A DNA stretch of 64,000 nucleotides from an uncultured Actinomycetes bacterium (lineage in GTDB: Bacteria > Actinomycetota > UBA4738 > HRBIN12), in the NCBI GenBank assembly GCA_963704725.1, contig OY969934.1:800001-864000 (forward strand), read 5' to 3'. How positions within the stretch are numbered: position 1 is the stretch's first letter; every line of letters begins with the position of its first letter. Of this stretch, positions 29,520 to 39,246 are shown in pieces. The translations under genes and the position numbers were made by a program. The notes under the pieces were generated by a model that was not told the DNA's origin, made no database searches, and saw nothing but the letters and a program-made list of their open reading frames with translations.

Positions 29520-31199
29520 TCAGGCTTGATGGACCGAGAGCAGGCTCTGGGTGGAGAAGGCGTTGAACAGGCCCTGGCTCGATTCGACGAAGCCCTCCCA
29601 CCTCGGCGACCAGGCATCGAGGCGCTTGTCGTACGTGAGGACGATGTACGGCCGATCGTTGTAGACGAGCTCCTGCATCTCGTACACGATCCGCTGTCGC
29701 TCCCTCGGATCGATCGCGGCCTGTTGCTCCGTGTAGAGCCGGTCGTATTCGGCGCTGCAGTAGCCCGAGTCGTTCCACGAGCCGTACTGGTCGCACGTCA
29801 TCGCCTGGAGCAGGAAGTCGGGGTCCAGCGCCGGGAACCAGTCCCACATCGCGAGGTCGAAATCCAGGTACGTGTAGTCGGGCGCCCCGATGGCGTCGAA
29901 CGCGGCCCCGTTGTCCATCTTCTTCTGGATCAGCTGCACGCCGATCTGGTCGAGCCCGTTCTGGATGATCTGGAACGCGCGGTCGCCCGCGCCCGCCTCG
30001 TCGTTCGGGAAGATCACCTCGTAGCTCATGGGATGGTCCTCCGCGACCCGGATCCCGTCGGAGCCCCTCGCATAGCCCAGCGAGTCGAGGATCTCGTTCG
30101 CCCTGTCGATGTCGAACGGCAGCGGCTGGATGCTCGGGTTGTGCCAGTCGATGCCCTCGCTGATGTCACCCTCCGGGATGAGCACGGATCCCGGGCTGGC
30201 GTGTCCGAGCCAGGCCGTCTGCACGATCTGGTCGCGGTCGACGGCGTACTCGAACGCCTCGCGAACCTTCGGGTCAAGCAGCTCACGATGCTCGGGCTTG
30301 TCGGGGTTCGAGTTGATGATGAGGTCGCGCAGCGCGAGCGCCGGGCCTTCGAACACCTGCAAGCCGGCCGCCTGGAGCGTGTCCACGCTGGTCGGCGGGA
30401 TCTCGTTGATCGCGTCCAGCTGACCCGTCTTCAAGGCGGTGATCATCGCGTCCTCGTTCGCGAAGAACTGCAGGCCGAACCCGTCGATGTGCGGCTTCGT
30501 CCCGTAGAAGCTGGGGTTCATCTGGAACAGGGCGATGTCGTTCTTCCGGTACTCGGTCAGGACGAACGGGCCGCCGGACGTGAGCGGCTGCCCGCCCTCG
30601 GGCACGTTCTCGAAGGACTTCAGGGCCTTCCCGTCGCCGGTCGCGTACCGCTGCCATACCTGCGGCGGCAGGATCGGGATCCCGCCCAGGCCGGACAGGG
30701 CGGTGGAGCTCGGCTGCGTGTAGGTCGCCACCAGCGTGGTGTCGTCCGTGGCGCGCACCCGCTTCAGGAAGCCGACGCTGCCCTCCCAGGCGCCCGCCGG
30801 CCCTCGGGCGTACTTCAAGATGGTGTCGATGGTCCAGGCGGCATCCTCGGCCGTGAGCGGTTCCCCGTCGGACCACGTCGCACCGGCCACCGTGTGCCAC
30901 GTCACCGTCAGGCCGTCGTCCGAGACGTCCCAGCTCTGCGCGAAGTTTGGGGCGAACTCGCCCGTCGTGGTGTCGGCCTGTAGGAGGCTGGGGTAGATGT
31001 ACATCCACACCGCGTAGTCGTCCTGGTTGAAACCGACGAACGGGTTCATGGACGAGATCCCGGAGCTCGTTCCGATCCGGAGCGTCCCTCCCTCCCTGGC
31101 CCCGCCGGTCCCCTGATCCCCCTGGGAGCCACTGGTGCAGCCGGCCGCGATCACCGCCAGGGCGATCGTCAACGCCGCGAGCGTGCGTCCCCTCTTCAT
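29520..31199 (-). CDS. Peptide ABC transporter substrate-binding lipoprotein (family 5, OppA/DppA-like)
   Basis: Lipobox IAAGC; WSDGEPLTAED; VREAFEYAVDR. Confidence 0.9.
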   Translation of the reverse strand: MKRGRTLAALTIALAVIAAGCTSGSQGDQGTGGAREGGTLRIGTSSGISSMNPFVGFNQDDYAVWMYIYPSLLQADTTTGEFAPNFAQSWDVSDDGLTVTWHTVAGATWSDGEPLTAEDAAWTIDTILKYARGPAGAWEGSVGFLKRVRATDDTTLVATYTQPSSTALSGLGGIPILPPQVWQRYATGDGKALKSFENVPEGGQPLTSGGPFVLTEYRKNDIALFQMNPSFYGTKPHIDGFGLQFFANEDAMITALKTGQLDAINEIPPTSVDTLQAAGLQVFEGPALALRDLIINSNPDKPEHRELLDPKVREAFEYAVDRDQIVQTAWLGHASPGSVLIPEGDISEGIDWHNPSIQPLPFDIDRANEILDSLGYARGSDGIRVAEDHPMSYEVIFPNDEAGAGDRAFQIIQNGLDQIGVQLIQKKMDNGAAFDAIGAPDYTYLDFDLAMWDWFPALDPDFLLQAMTCDQYGSWNDSGYCSAEYDRLYTEQQAAIDPRERQRIVYEMQELVYNDRPYIVLTYDKRLDAWSPRWEGFVESSQGLFNAFSTQSLLSVHQA

Positions 31200-31285
31200 G
31201 GCTCTCCCCTCGTCTCGTGTCATTGGTGCGCGTCCTCCACATCTACGCATGCGTCCCGGGGTTCGCGCGAACGCCGCATCCATCG

Positions 31286-32287
31286 TCAGGCCAGGATGCA
31301 GGCAGCCTCGTGGTCCGGCGAGGTGCCCTCGGGAACGTGCAGCTCGGGGTCGATCTCACGACACCGATCCTCCGCCACCGGACATCGGGGCTGGAACCGG
31401 CACCCGCGCGGGATCTCGATGGGGTCCGGTGTCTCTCCCTCGAGGATCTGCGCCGTCGTCCGGTCCCGCGGGTCGCGTTTGGGAACCACGGAGAGCAGCG
31501 CGCGCGTGTACGGATGCCGCGGGTTCCGGACGATCTCGCTCGCCGGACCCTGCTCCACGACACGGCCGAGGTACATCACCGCGATCCGGTCGGCGAAGTG
31601 CGCCGCCGTCGAGAGGTCGTGGGTGATCATGAGGATGGCCATGTCGCGGTCGCGGCGGAGGCGGTTGAGCAGCCCGAGCAGGCCGGCGCGCACGGAGACG
31701 TCCAGCATCGAAACGGGCTCGTCGGCCACGAGCAGCTCGGGATCGAGCACCAGGCTGGCCGCGATCGCCGCGCGCTGACGCTGCCCTCCGGAGAGCTCGT
31801 GGGGGTAGCGGTCCGCGTACAGCTCGGGAGGTGAGAGCTCCACGCTCTCGAGCGCGTGGATCACGCGTTCCCGACGGCCGGCGCCGCCGTCTCCGACGTG
31901 GTGCACGAGGAGGGGCTCCTCGACGGCCTGGTGAACGCGGAACCGCGGGTCGAGCGACTCGTAGGGGTCCTGATAGATCATCTGCATCCGCCGGCGGATC
32001 GGCTGGAGCTCGCGCTGGGACAACGTCGTGATGTCCCTGCCGTCGAGCGCCACGCGCCCGGACACGGCCGGCACGAGCCGCAGGATCGTCTGCGCCGTCG
32101 TTGTCTTCCCGCAGCCGGACTCGCCGACCAGCGCGAGCATCTCCCCCTTGCGGAGCGAGAACGATACGCCGTCGACGGCGTGGACGACCCGTCGAGGCCG
32201 GCGAAGCAACGCCGCAACGATCCCGCGCCGTACGGGGTAGGTGGCGACGAGGTCGTCGACCTCCAACAGGGGCCGACCCTCGCTCAT
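31286..32287 (-). CDS. Oligopeptide/dipeptide ABC ATPase (OppF/DppF-like)
   Basis: GESGCGKT, YPHELSGGQRQR, HPYTRALL, GCRFQPRCP. Confidence 0.92.
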   Translation of the reverse strand: MSEGRPLLEVDDLVATYPVRRGIVAALLRRPRRVVHAVDGVSFSLRKGEMLALVGESGCGKTTTAQTILRLVPAVSGRVALDGRDITTLSQRELQPIRRRMQMIYQDPYESLDPRFRVHQAVEEPLLVHHVGDGGAGRRERVIHALESVELSPPELYADRYPHELSGGQRQRAAIAASLVLDPELLVADEPVSMLDVSVRAGLLGLLNRLRRDRDMAILMITHDLSTAAHFADRIAVMYLGRVVEQGPASEIVRNPRHPYTRALLSVVPKRDPRDRTTAQILEGETPDPIEIPRGCRFQPRCPVAEDRCREIDPELHVPEGTSPDHEAACILA

Positions 32288-33264
32288 GGGGTGGGACTCC
32301 CCGCTGTGGCTCTCGAGTCGTTCAGGTGGCAGGCGGCCGCGTGTCCGGTCTGCACGGGGATCAGCTCGGGCCGTTCCGAGAGGCACCGATCGAAGGCGCG
32401 GTCGCAGCGCGGCTGGAAGGGGCATCCCACGATGCCGCGGTCGAGCCGTGGTGGCGCGCCCGAGATCGACAGGACCTCGTCCTCGCCGTAGAGGTCGGGC
32501 GTGGCGGCGAACAGCATCCGCGTGTACGGGTGCCGCGGCACGTGGAAGAGGTCGTCGATCGGGCCGGCCTCGACGATCTCGCCCGCGTACATGACGGCCG
32601 CACGCTCGCAGACCTGCGCGACCACGGGCAGGTCGTGCGTGACCAGCACGAGGGCCAGGTTCATCTCGCCGGCCAGGCCGGCGAGCAGCTCGAGGATCTG
32701 CGCCTGAACCATCACGTCGAGGGCCGTCGTGGGCTCGTCGGCGAGCAGGACCTTCGGCCGGCAGCTGAGCGCCATCGCGAGGGCGGCTCGCTGGCGCATC
32801 CCTCCGGAGAACTCGTGTGGATACCGCGCGCCGGAGGCCGCCGAGATCCCCACCATCTCCAGGAGCTCCCCGGCGGCTCGGCTGGCCTCCGCGCCCTCCG
32901 CCACGCCGTGGAACTCCATCGGCTCCACGATCTGGGCCTCAACGGTCTTGACGGGGTTCAGCGCGTTCATAGCCCCCTGGAAGACCATCGCGATGTCCTT
33001 CCAGCGGTGGGGCTGCACGCTCGGCTCGCCGCCGGCCAGGATGTTCTCGCCCTCGAACAGGATCTCCCCGGCGACGGAGGCCGAGGGCGGGAGCAGCCCC
33101 ATGAGGGCCAGGATCGTCGTGGTCTTGCCGCAGCCGGACTCGCCGACGAGACCCATGCGGTCCCCGCCGTTGAGGTCGAAGCCGACCCCCTGAACGGCGT
33201 GGAGCTCCTGTCCGTGACCGAGGTCGAACCAGACGTGGAGGTCCCGGACCTGCAGGAGGGTCAT
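32284..33264 (-). CDS. Oligopeptide/dipeptide ABC ATPase (OppD/DppD-like)
   Basis: GESGCGKT, YPHEFSGGMRQR, DEPTTALDV, GCPFQPRC. Confidence 0.92.
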   Translation of the reverse strand: MTLLQVRDLHVWFDLGHGQELHAVQGVGFDLNGGDRMGLVGESGCGKTTTILALMGLLPPSASVAGEILFEGENILAGGEPSVQPHRWKDIAMVFQGAMNALNPVKTVEAQIVEPMEFHGVAEGAEASRAAGELLEMVGISAASGARYPHEFSGGMRQRAALAMALSCRPKVLLADEPTTALDVMVQAQILELLAGLAGEMNLALVLVTHDLPVVAQVCERAAVMYAGEIVEAGPIDDLFHVPRHPYTRMLFAATPDLYGEDEVLSISGAPPRLDRGIVGCPFQPRCDRAFDRCLSERPELIPVQTGHAAACHLNDSRATAGSPTP

Positions 33265-34223
33265 CGGGGATCGGCCTCTCGCGGCGGGAGCGGACGGATC
33301 CGGAACGCCCGAGGGGAGAGGTAGGAGACCTTCAACCGCGGGTTGAGCGCGTCCTCGATCGCCTGGCCGAGCCAGTAGCAGCCCATGATGACCAGGGCGA
33401 CGCAGAGCCCGGCCGGGATGATGGCCCACCACGCGCCGGAGGAGATCGCGGTTCGCAGGAACGCGAACTCGATGATGGTGCCCCAGGTGACCTTGCTGTG
33501 ATCGCCGAGTCCCAGGAACGACAGGGCGGTCTCGTCGAAGATCGCGATCGCGACGGTGAGCACGGTGTTCGCGATCAACAACGGGGCGATCTGGGGCAGC
33601 ACGTGCCGGAAGACGATCCTCGCGTCTCCCGCCCCGATCGAGCGCGCGCGTTTGACGTAGACGCGCTCGCGCACGCTCTTGACCTGCGCGCGGATGATCC
33701 GCGCGGTCGTCGTCCAGAGCAGCAGCGCGATCACGAAGATCAGGTGGGTGAGGCTCGCGCCCCACACCGCCGCCACGACGATCGCGAGCGGCAGGTCGGG
33801 GATCACCAGGAAGTAGTCCGTGATCCGCATGAGAACGGTGTCGACCCAGCCGCCGAAGTAGCCGGCCAGGATGCCGATCCCGCCGCCGATGATCATCGCG
33901 ACGAACGTGGCGGCGAATCCGACGATGAGGGACACCCGTCCCCCATGGATCAGCAACGAGAGCATGTCGATCCCGCCGTCATCCAGACCGAGGGGATGCC
34001 TCAAGGATGGAGGACCGTACACGGGCCCGACCCGCGTGTGGATGTCGTAGGGCGCGATCCAGGGAGCCAGGACCGCGACGAGGGCGAAGAACCCCAGGAC
34101 GCCGAGGCCGATCTTCGCCTGCCGGCTTTCGGCGATCACCTGGATGAGCCAGTTCCGGCGTTGGTGCGAGATCGACACGGTGGCGGCCGCGCGCTCCTCG
34201 GTCATGTCGGGGCGGACGGCCAT
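33261..34223 (-). CDS. Peptide ABC permease (OppC/DppC-like)
   Basis: HPLGLDDGG, EAA loop YVKRARSIGA, LSFLGLG. Confidence 0.9.
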   Translation of the reverse strand: MAVRPDMTEERAAATVSISHQRRNWLIQVIAESRQAKIGLGVLGFFALVAVLAPWIAPYDIHTRVGPVYGPPSLRHPLGLDDGGIDMLSLLIHGGRVSLIVGFAATFVAMIIGGGIGILAGYFGGWVDTVLMRITDYFLVIPDLPLAIVVAAVWGASLTHLIFVIALLLWTTTARIIRAQVKSVRERVYVKRARSIGAGDARIVFRHVLPQIAPLLIANTVLTVAIAIFDETALSFLGLGDHSKVTWGTIIEFAFLRTAISSGAWWAIIPAGLCVALVIMGCYWLGQAIEDALNPRLKVSYLSPRAFRIRPLPPREADPR

Positions 34224-34225
34224 CG

Positions 34226-35188
34226 CTACTCCGTGATCCTCGGGTCGAGCCTGAAGTACAGGAGGTCGGCGAGGAAGTTGCAGACCACGACCGTCACGGT
34301 GAGCACGAGGAAGGCTCCCTGGAGCATCGGGTAGTCGCGTTCCGTGACGGCCTGGTACACGGCGTTGCCGATGCCGGGCCACGAGAAGACGGTCTCGATG
34401 AGGATCGCGCCGGCCACGATGTAGCCGAGCGACAGCGCGATGAGCGTCGTCGTCGGCAGCATCGCGTTGCGAAGGGCGTGCCGCCGCACGATCGTGCGCT
34501 GGGGCAGCCCCTTCGCCCGGGCGGTGAGCACGTAGTCCTCGCCGAGCGTCTCGAGCATGGCGGAGCGGACGATCAGCGTGTACTCGCCATACAGCGTGAG
34601 TGCGAACGTGAGCGAGGGCAGGGTCATGTGGAGCAGGACGTCCTTGACGTGCTCCCAGGGGGTCGGGTCGAGGAGGAAGTCGTTCTGCATCCCGTGGCTC
34701 GGCAGGACGGTGGAGAGGTAGATCAGGAGCACCAGAGCCAACCACTGCGTCGGGAACGCGTAGAACGCGATCGCGGTGTTCGTGCTGACCTGGTCGAGCT
34801 TCGTCCCGCGACGCCAGGCCGACAGGACGCCCGTGAAGGTCCCGATCGCGATCGCGACGACCGTGCCGAGGGCGGCCATCGGGATCGTGTTCGCGAGGTC
34901 GGTGCGCAGGTTGTCCCAGACCGGCTGCTGGTTCGTGTAGGACACACCCATGTTGCCGCCCGCCAGTTGCCGGAGGTAGATCACGTACTGCTCCCACTTG
35001 GGCTTGTCGAGCCCGAATTGCTGCTCGAGCGAGTGACGAAGAGCCGCGGTCGCGTGCGGCACCCGCGCCATGCTGCTGACCGCGCTCCCCGGAAGTACCC
35101 GGAACAGGAAGAAGTTGAGCGTGATGGCGACGAAGATCGTCGCGACGGCGAACAACGACCGCTTGATGACGTAGTCGGCCCTGCGCAC
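34226..35188 (-). CDS. Peptide ABC permease (OppB/DppB-like)
   Basis: FGLDKP, DYVLTARAKGL, ETVFSWPGIG, RDYPMLQG. Confidence 0.9.
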   Translation of the reverse strand: MRRADYVIKRSLFAVATIFVAITLNFFLFRVLPGSAVSSMARVPHATAALRHSLEQQFGLDKPKWEQYVIYLRQLAGGNMGVSYTNQQPVWDNLRTDLANTIPMAALGTVVAIAIGTFTGVLSAWRRGTKLDQVSTNTAIAFYAFPTQWLALVLLIYLSTVLPSHGMQNDFLLDPTPWEHVKDVLLHMTLPSLTFALTLYGEYTLIVRSAMLETLGEDYVLTARAKGLPQRTIVRRHALRNAMLPTTTLIALSLGYIVAGAILIETVFSWPGIGNAVYQAVTERDYPMLQGAFLVLTVTVVVCNFLADLLYFRLDPRITE

Positions 35189-35331
35189 CGCGCCGTCTCC
35201 CCGCTGGCCTGCGTCGAGCTCTGCGTCCCGGAACCCTGGGCCGGACCGCCGAGGGAATCCTCCCTTCCACGACGGGGCGCGGCAAGTCTTCGAACTCAGA
35301 CGGTGGGCGACGGGGCCGTAGCATCCGATCC

Positions 35332-36435
35332 ATGAGCCTCGAGGACCGGCTTCAAGCGCTCGTCGCCGCCGACCTGGCCGCGTGGCCCACGATGCCCGCA
35401 CGACTGCTGCATGTGCTCGCACCCGGCCTCGAGGTGGACGTCGAGGTGGCGGCCGGGGTGGCAGACCTCGCGACCGGCGAGTCGCTTCGGCCCGGGTCTC
35501 GGTGCCGCATCGCGAGCGTGACGAAGTCGTTCGTCGCCGCGGCCGCACTCCGGCTGGTCGAGGACGGACGCTTCTCGCTCGACAGCACGGTCGCGACCCT
35601 TCTTGCGGGCGAGTACGACGAGCTGCTGCGCTCGGGCGGCTACGCCACCGAGACGATCACGCTCCGGCACCTGCTCACGCACACGAGCGGCATCTACGAC
35701 TTCGCGGCCGACGCGTACGACGCGAACATCGTCGACGGCTTCGAGGCCCACGTGGAGCGTGACCCCCGGCGCCGCTGGACGCGGTTCGAGCAGATCGAGT
35801 TCGCGGTCTCCCACGGGCACCCGTACGCTCCGCCCGGCACCGTGTTCGGCTACTCGGACACCGGGGCGTGCCTCGTCGGGGAGATCCTCGAACGGGTGAC
35901 CGGCACGACGATGGGCGCGGCGATCCGCGAGCTGGCCGGCTACGAGCGGCTCGGGCTCGCGCACACGTGGCAGGAGTCGATCGAGCCGGAGCCGCGTGAC
36001 CTGCCGCCGCTCTCGCATCAGTACGAGGGCGAGATCGACGTCGCCGACATGGACGCCTCCGTCGATCTCTACGGCGGAGGCGGGCTGATGTCGACCTGCC
36101 GCGACCTCGCCCGGTTCTTCCGGGCGCTCCTTCGTGGTGAGATCTTTCGCGATCCGACGACGCTCACCACGATGACGACGACGCTCGAGGGCATCCCGCT
36201 CACCGAGGAGGCGGGCTGGCCCGAGGATCCCTCGACCCAGGGGATGTTCCTGTACCGGCGCGAGATCGTGGGCGAGACCTGGTGGGGTCACGACGGCTAC
36301 TGGGGGACGACTGCGTTCACCTGCCCGGCGCGCGACGTGACGATCGTGGCGGGACACCAGCGCTCGAACATGCCCGAGGCCTTCGACCGCCTGGAGATCG
36401 TCGCTGAGGCCTTCGCGGCGCTCGGGGTCGCCTAG
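35332..36435 (+). CDS. Serine hydrolase, beta-lactamase/D-Ala-D-Ala carboxypeptidase family
   Basis: SVTK (SxxK), LLTHTSG, YSD, GHDG motifs. Confidence 0.9.
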   Translation: MSLEDRLQALVAADLAAWPTMPARLLHVLAPGLEVDVEVAAGVADLATGESLRPGSRCRIASVTKSFVAAAALRLVEDGRFSLDSTVATLLAGEYDELLRSGGYATETITLRHLLTHTSGIYDFAADAYDANIVDGFEAHVERDPRRRWTRFEQIEFAVSHGHPYAPPGTVFGYSDTGACLVGEILERVTGTTMGAAIRELAGYERLGLAHTWQESIEPEPRDLPPLSHQYEGEIDVADMDASVDLYGGGGLMSTCRDLARFFRALLRGEIFRDPTTLTTMTTTLEGIPLTEEAGWPEDPSTQGMFLYRREIVGETWWGHDGYWGTTAFTCPARDVTIVAGHQRSNMPEAFDRLEIVAEAFAALGVA

Positions 36436-36545
36436 CTGTGCGTTGTGCCTTGTTGGTCCGATCTTGGAGGCGACTGGCCAGGCCCCGGATCGGAGGTGGA
36501 ACGTGGGTCGATCCGTGCCGCTCCCGGGCAGCGTAGCCTTCGCAC

Positions 36546-37133
36546 ATGGTGGACCTTCGCACGGCCACGCTGGAGGATCTTGCAGTCATCGTCGACACGG
36601 CGGCTCGCTCGCTCGATGCCGAGGCCATGCTCCGCTGGTCGTTCGGCGAGGAGCGGTTCGAGGAGAGGATCCGGCGGCACTTCACGCACTACGACGGTGA
36701 GAACGCGCGGCGAGGCTGGATCCGACTCGCCGCCGACGGAATGGGGATGGCGGTGTGGATCCCCCCGGATGCCCGCGAGGAGCACGAGGCGATCGGGCCG
36801 GCCCCACCGGGCGCCGAGAACGAGATCCTCGGCGATCACGCCGACCACCATGCCGCGTTCTGGGGATGGATCGAGGAGCATCAGCCGGAGGAGCCTTTGA
36901 GCTACCTGAGCCACATCTGTGTGGCACCCGAGCGGCAAGGTGAGGGTCTCGGGAGCGCGCTGATGCATGAGGGCCTGGCACGCGCCGACCGCGAAGGGGT
37001 CCCCATCTGGCTGGAGACGTCCAAGGCCACGAACGCGGCCTACTACGAAGGCTTCGGATTCCGCACCGTGGTCGACGAGGACACCCCCGGCGGCGGCCCA
37101 CACATCTGGTTCATGCGCCGCGATCCGAAGTGA
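36546..37133 (+). CDS. GNAT family N-acetyltransferase
   Basis: VAPERQGEGLGSALM, LETS, NAAYYEGFGF. Confidence 0.9.
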   Translation: MVDLRTATLEDLAVIVDTAARSLDAEAMLRWSFGEERFEERIRRHFTHYDGENARRGWIRLAADGMGMAVWIPPDAREEHEAIGPAPPGAENEILGDHADHHAAFWGWIEEHQPEEPLSYLSHICVAPERQGEGLGSALMHEGLARADREGVPIWLETSKATNAAYYEGFGFRTVVDEDTPGGGPHIWFMRRDPK

Positions 37134-37345
37134 GCCCCATCTGCGGTCGTTCCACGGCATCCTCCGGGCGAATGGGCAAAGGTCGAAGGTTGGAGAGCGC
37201 CCGCGCTGACCGGGTCGGCGGGTCCAGGGGGATCAAGTCCTCGAGCTCATTCGGTCCGTTGAGCGATCGTGCCAGCGGTGGTCCGCCGGACGTTTACGTC
37301 AAGGTACAGCTTGCTAGAACGCTCCCGAGGGGTTACGCTGAGGAT

Positions 37346-37582
37346 GTGCCTCGACCTCGACGGGACCTGACGACGGCCGAGAGGCGGCACCTGCACTCGC
37401 TCGAGGGCCGCATGGCGCGGCTTGAAGCCGAGCTGCAGGCCACGCGCCTCGAGTGGGCCGAACTGGTCAAGGAAGCAGGCCAGGCGACCGTGGCGCGAGA
37501 GCTCAGCGTGTCCCGCCAGGCAGTCGCGGATCGCCTGCGCCGGATCCGAGCGAACCACGAGAGGCGGAGCGGGCAACGGTGA
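37346..37582 (+). CDS. Small HTH DNA-binding protein (probably leaderless)
   Basis: QATVARELSVSRQAVADRL HTH; TTGCTA 37311 and TACGCT 37334 upstream, GTG 6 nt after the -10. Confidence 0.65.
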   Translation: MPRPRRDLTTAERRHLHSLEGRMARLEAELQATRLEWAELVKEAGQATVARELSVSRQAVADRLRRIRANHERRSGQR

Positions 37583-37584
37583 AA

Positions 37585-37627
37585 GCGCAAGGGAAACCTT
37601 GCGCGTTGCTGCAGCCGGGTGTATCGT
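37585..37627 (+). promoter_or_regulatory. Promoter TTGCGC-N17-TATCGT overlapped by a perfect palindrome
   Basis: gcgcaagg-gaaa-ccttgcgc 37585-37604; -10 at 37622-37627. Confidence 0.55.
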
Positions 37628-37632
37628 GTGGT

Positions 37633-37855
37633 TGGGAACTGGAGCGGCGCGAGTCGGTACAGCATCAGCGGTCAGAGCCCACTTACGGGCATACGTCAGC
37701 ACCAAAGAGCTGCCGCCGGCCCAGAACCCCGCGAAGTCCCCGGACGGGGAGCGCGACATAGTGTGGCCGGTCGGAAGGCCGGCCGAAGAGGTCGGTGTCT
37801 TCAGAAACGATGACCTCTGAGGGGGCGGCCCCGAAGGACCGCCCTCCCCTTTTCT
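37633..37855 (+). ncRNA. Candidate structured non-coding RNA (~220 nt)
   Basis: Lies between a promoter and a terminator, has several stems and no credible ORF; family not identified. Confidence 0.4.
37821..37855 (+). terminator. Intrinsic terminator
   Basis: gggggcgg...gaag...ccgccctccc hairpin followed by tttt. Confidence 0.65.
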
Positions 37856-37943
37856 CTCGGAGCGCGGGGACATGTCTTCTGCGGATGCCTTGCCTGGCGG
37901 TCTCCGGAGGGGTCCGGCCAGGCCCTGGCAGACGCAGCCACGT

Positions 37944-38132
37944 TCAGCCGGCTCTGACCCTGGGCGGCTCGGCGGCGAGGTTCGCGTAGGCCTCGGCGAG
38001 GTGAAGGACGATCTGCGCGTCCGCGTCCTTCTCGACGCTCGGAGCGAGCTTCCCGATCCTCTCGGCGATGGCCTGACGAGCCTTCGCCGCCTTCTGCGCT
38101 GCGCCGACCTGCAGGTCGGTCTTCTCCACCAT
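37944..38132 (-). CDS. Small helical hypothetical protein
   Basis: Strong RBS GGGAGGTG; MVEKTDLQ...LHLAEAYANL; high GC3. Confidence 0.65.
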   Translation of the reverse strand: MVEKTDLQVGAAQKAAKARQAIAERIGKLAPSVEKDADAQIVLHLAEAYANLAAEPPRVRAG

Positions 38133-38349
38133 GCTGTTCACCTCCCGGCCGATACTAGGCCCAAGACGCGACGAGCCTGCCTCCGCCCGCGGGGACTGGT
38201 GTCAGTCGAGTGACCGAACCGCGGCCCCGAAACGGAGGCGGTGACACGCTCATACGGCAGGTTCGCTGGTGCCTCATTGCTGGGAGGCCCTTGAAGGATG
38301 TAGTCAGTGGAGCAAGGCAGGACTAACCGCGGAGTTCGGGAGGTGAACC

Positions 38350-38820
38350 GTGCCGGCGAAGAAGGCCACGGCGAAGAAGGCCACGGCGAAGAAGGCCACG
38401 GCGAAGAAGGCCACGGCGAAGAAGGCCACGGCGAAGAAGGCCACGGCGAAGAAGGCCACGGCGAAGAAGGCCACGGCGAAGAAGGCCACGGCGAAGAAGG
38501 CCACGGCGAAGAAGGCCACTCCTCGAGGCTCGTCTCGGAGTGCGCCTCAGCGAAGGACGACACCTGCGCGTCGGGCTGCATCGCCGTCCGGGCGCGCAGC
38601 GATGCCGGCCAGTCGCGGGCCCGCGCCGGCAATGGCGGGCGATGTCATCATCATCGACTCTGTTCAGGTCGGGTCCACGGCACGTACGGGTGAAGTCGTG
38701 GAGGTCGTCCATGGTGCGGCAGGCGACAGCTACTGGGTCCGGTGGACGGATGGGCATCAGAGCCTGATCTCACCGAAGGGCGGCACCGCCCGCATCGTCC
38801 GGGCATCGGATAGGGCCTGA
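38350..38820 (+). CDS. Histone H1-like (AKKAT)11 repeat fused to a DUF1918-like domain
   Basis: RBS GGGAGGTG; C-terminus AGDVIII...RTGEVVEV...[15 protein letters not shown] resembles DUF1918. Confidence 0.75.
   Translation: MPAKKATAKKATAKKATAKKATAKKATAKKATAKKATAKKATAKKATAKKATAKKATPRGSSRSAPQRRTTPARRAASPSGRAAMPASRGPAPAMAGDVIIIDSVQVGSTARTGEVVEVVHGAAGDSYWVRWTDGHQSLISPKGGTARIVRASDRA
38356..38520 (+). repeat. Tandem repeat, 11 x 15 bp
   Basis: gcgaagaaggccacg repeated 11 times; only the last base of the last unit differs. Confidence 0.97.
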
Positions 38821-39246
38821 GTCGCGCGGTCCTCGTCTTGTCGACACGTGGCGAGCCGCAGTTCCGGTGAACCTCTCATGTTCCTCGCCCGCTCGCGCTA
38901 GGGGCGAGTCTCTGGCCCGTCGGTACGGGTCACGCCGGGCACATGGAGATTCGTCGACGCGGGGACGTAAGTCCTGGCAGTCTCCTTACGCGTAGGTCGC
39001 CGAGATCTCGTGAAGCACCTCTGGCGCGAAGCGGTCGGGAGCACGGCGTAGTGCAGCGGTCTGGGCAACCGCTGTAGACGAATCACGAGCGATCTGACCC
39101 GTGGTGCTCTTACAGTATTCCGCGTGGCCGGCGTAGACACCGTTCGCGGTCTGATGAAGGATTCGCAGACTTCGACGATCGCCACCGAGCAGCGGATCAG
39201 CCGCCCTGCGCTTCGCCGGTGCGGCCCGCTTGGCTCCACCCTTAGG

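Noticed and set aside
1571-36357. Many very long overlapping ORFs in the track (e.g. 7184..10150, 11071..12963, 15876..18131, N-terminal extensions of 1571..5620 and 20929..24438)
   Set aside because: Shadow frames typical of high-GC DNA: Arg/Pro/Gly-rich, antisense to or out of frame with motif-bearing genes
35332-37133. Antibiotic-resistance pair (beta-lactamase plus acetyltransferase)
   Set aside because: Motifs fit generic serine hydrolase and GNAT families; no signal peptide or specific resistance signature
38356-38520. Repeat array as a possible CRISPR
   Set aside because: Head-to-tail 15-bp units with no spacers; in-frame coding repeat
39149-39176. ctgatga as a hammerhead ribozyme core
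   Set aside because: No GAAA after a stem II and no flanking stems I/III found
38900-39243. Possible tmRNA (gggg start, ctccacc near the end)
   Set aside because: No T-loop, no CCA end and no tag frame; left as unexplained intergenic or decayed DNA
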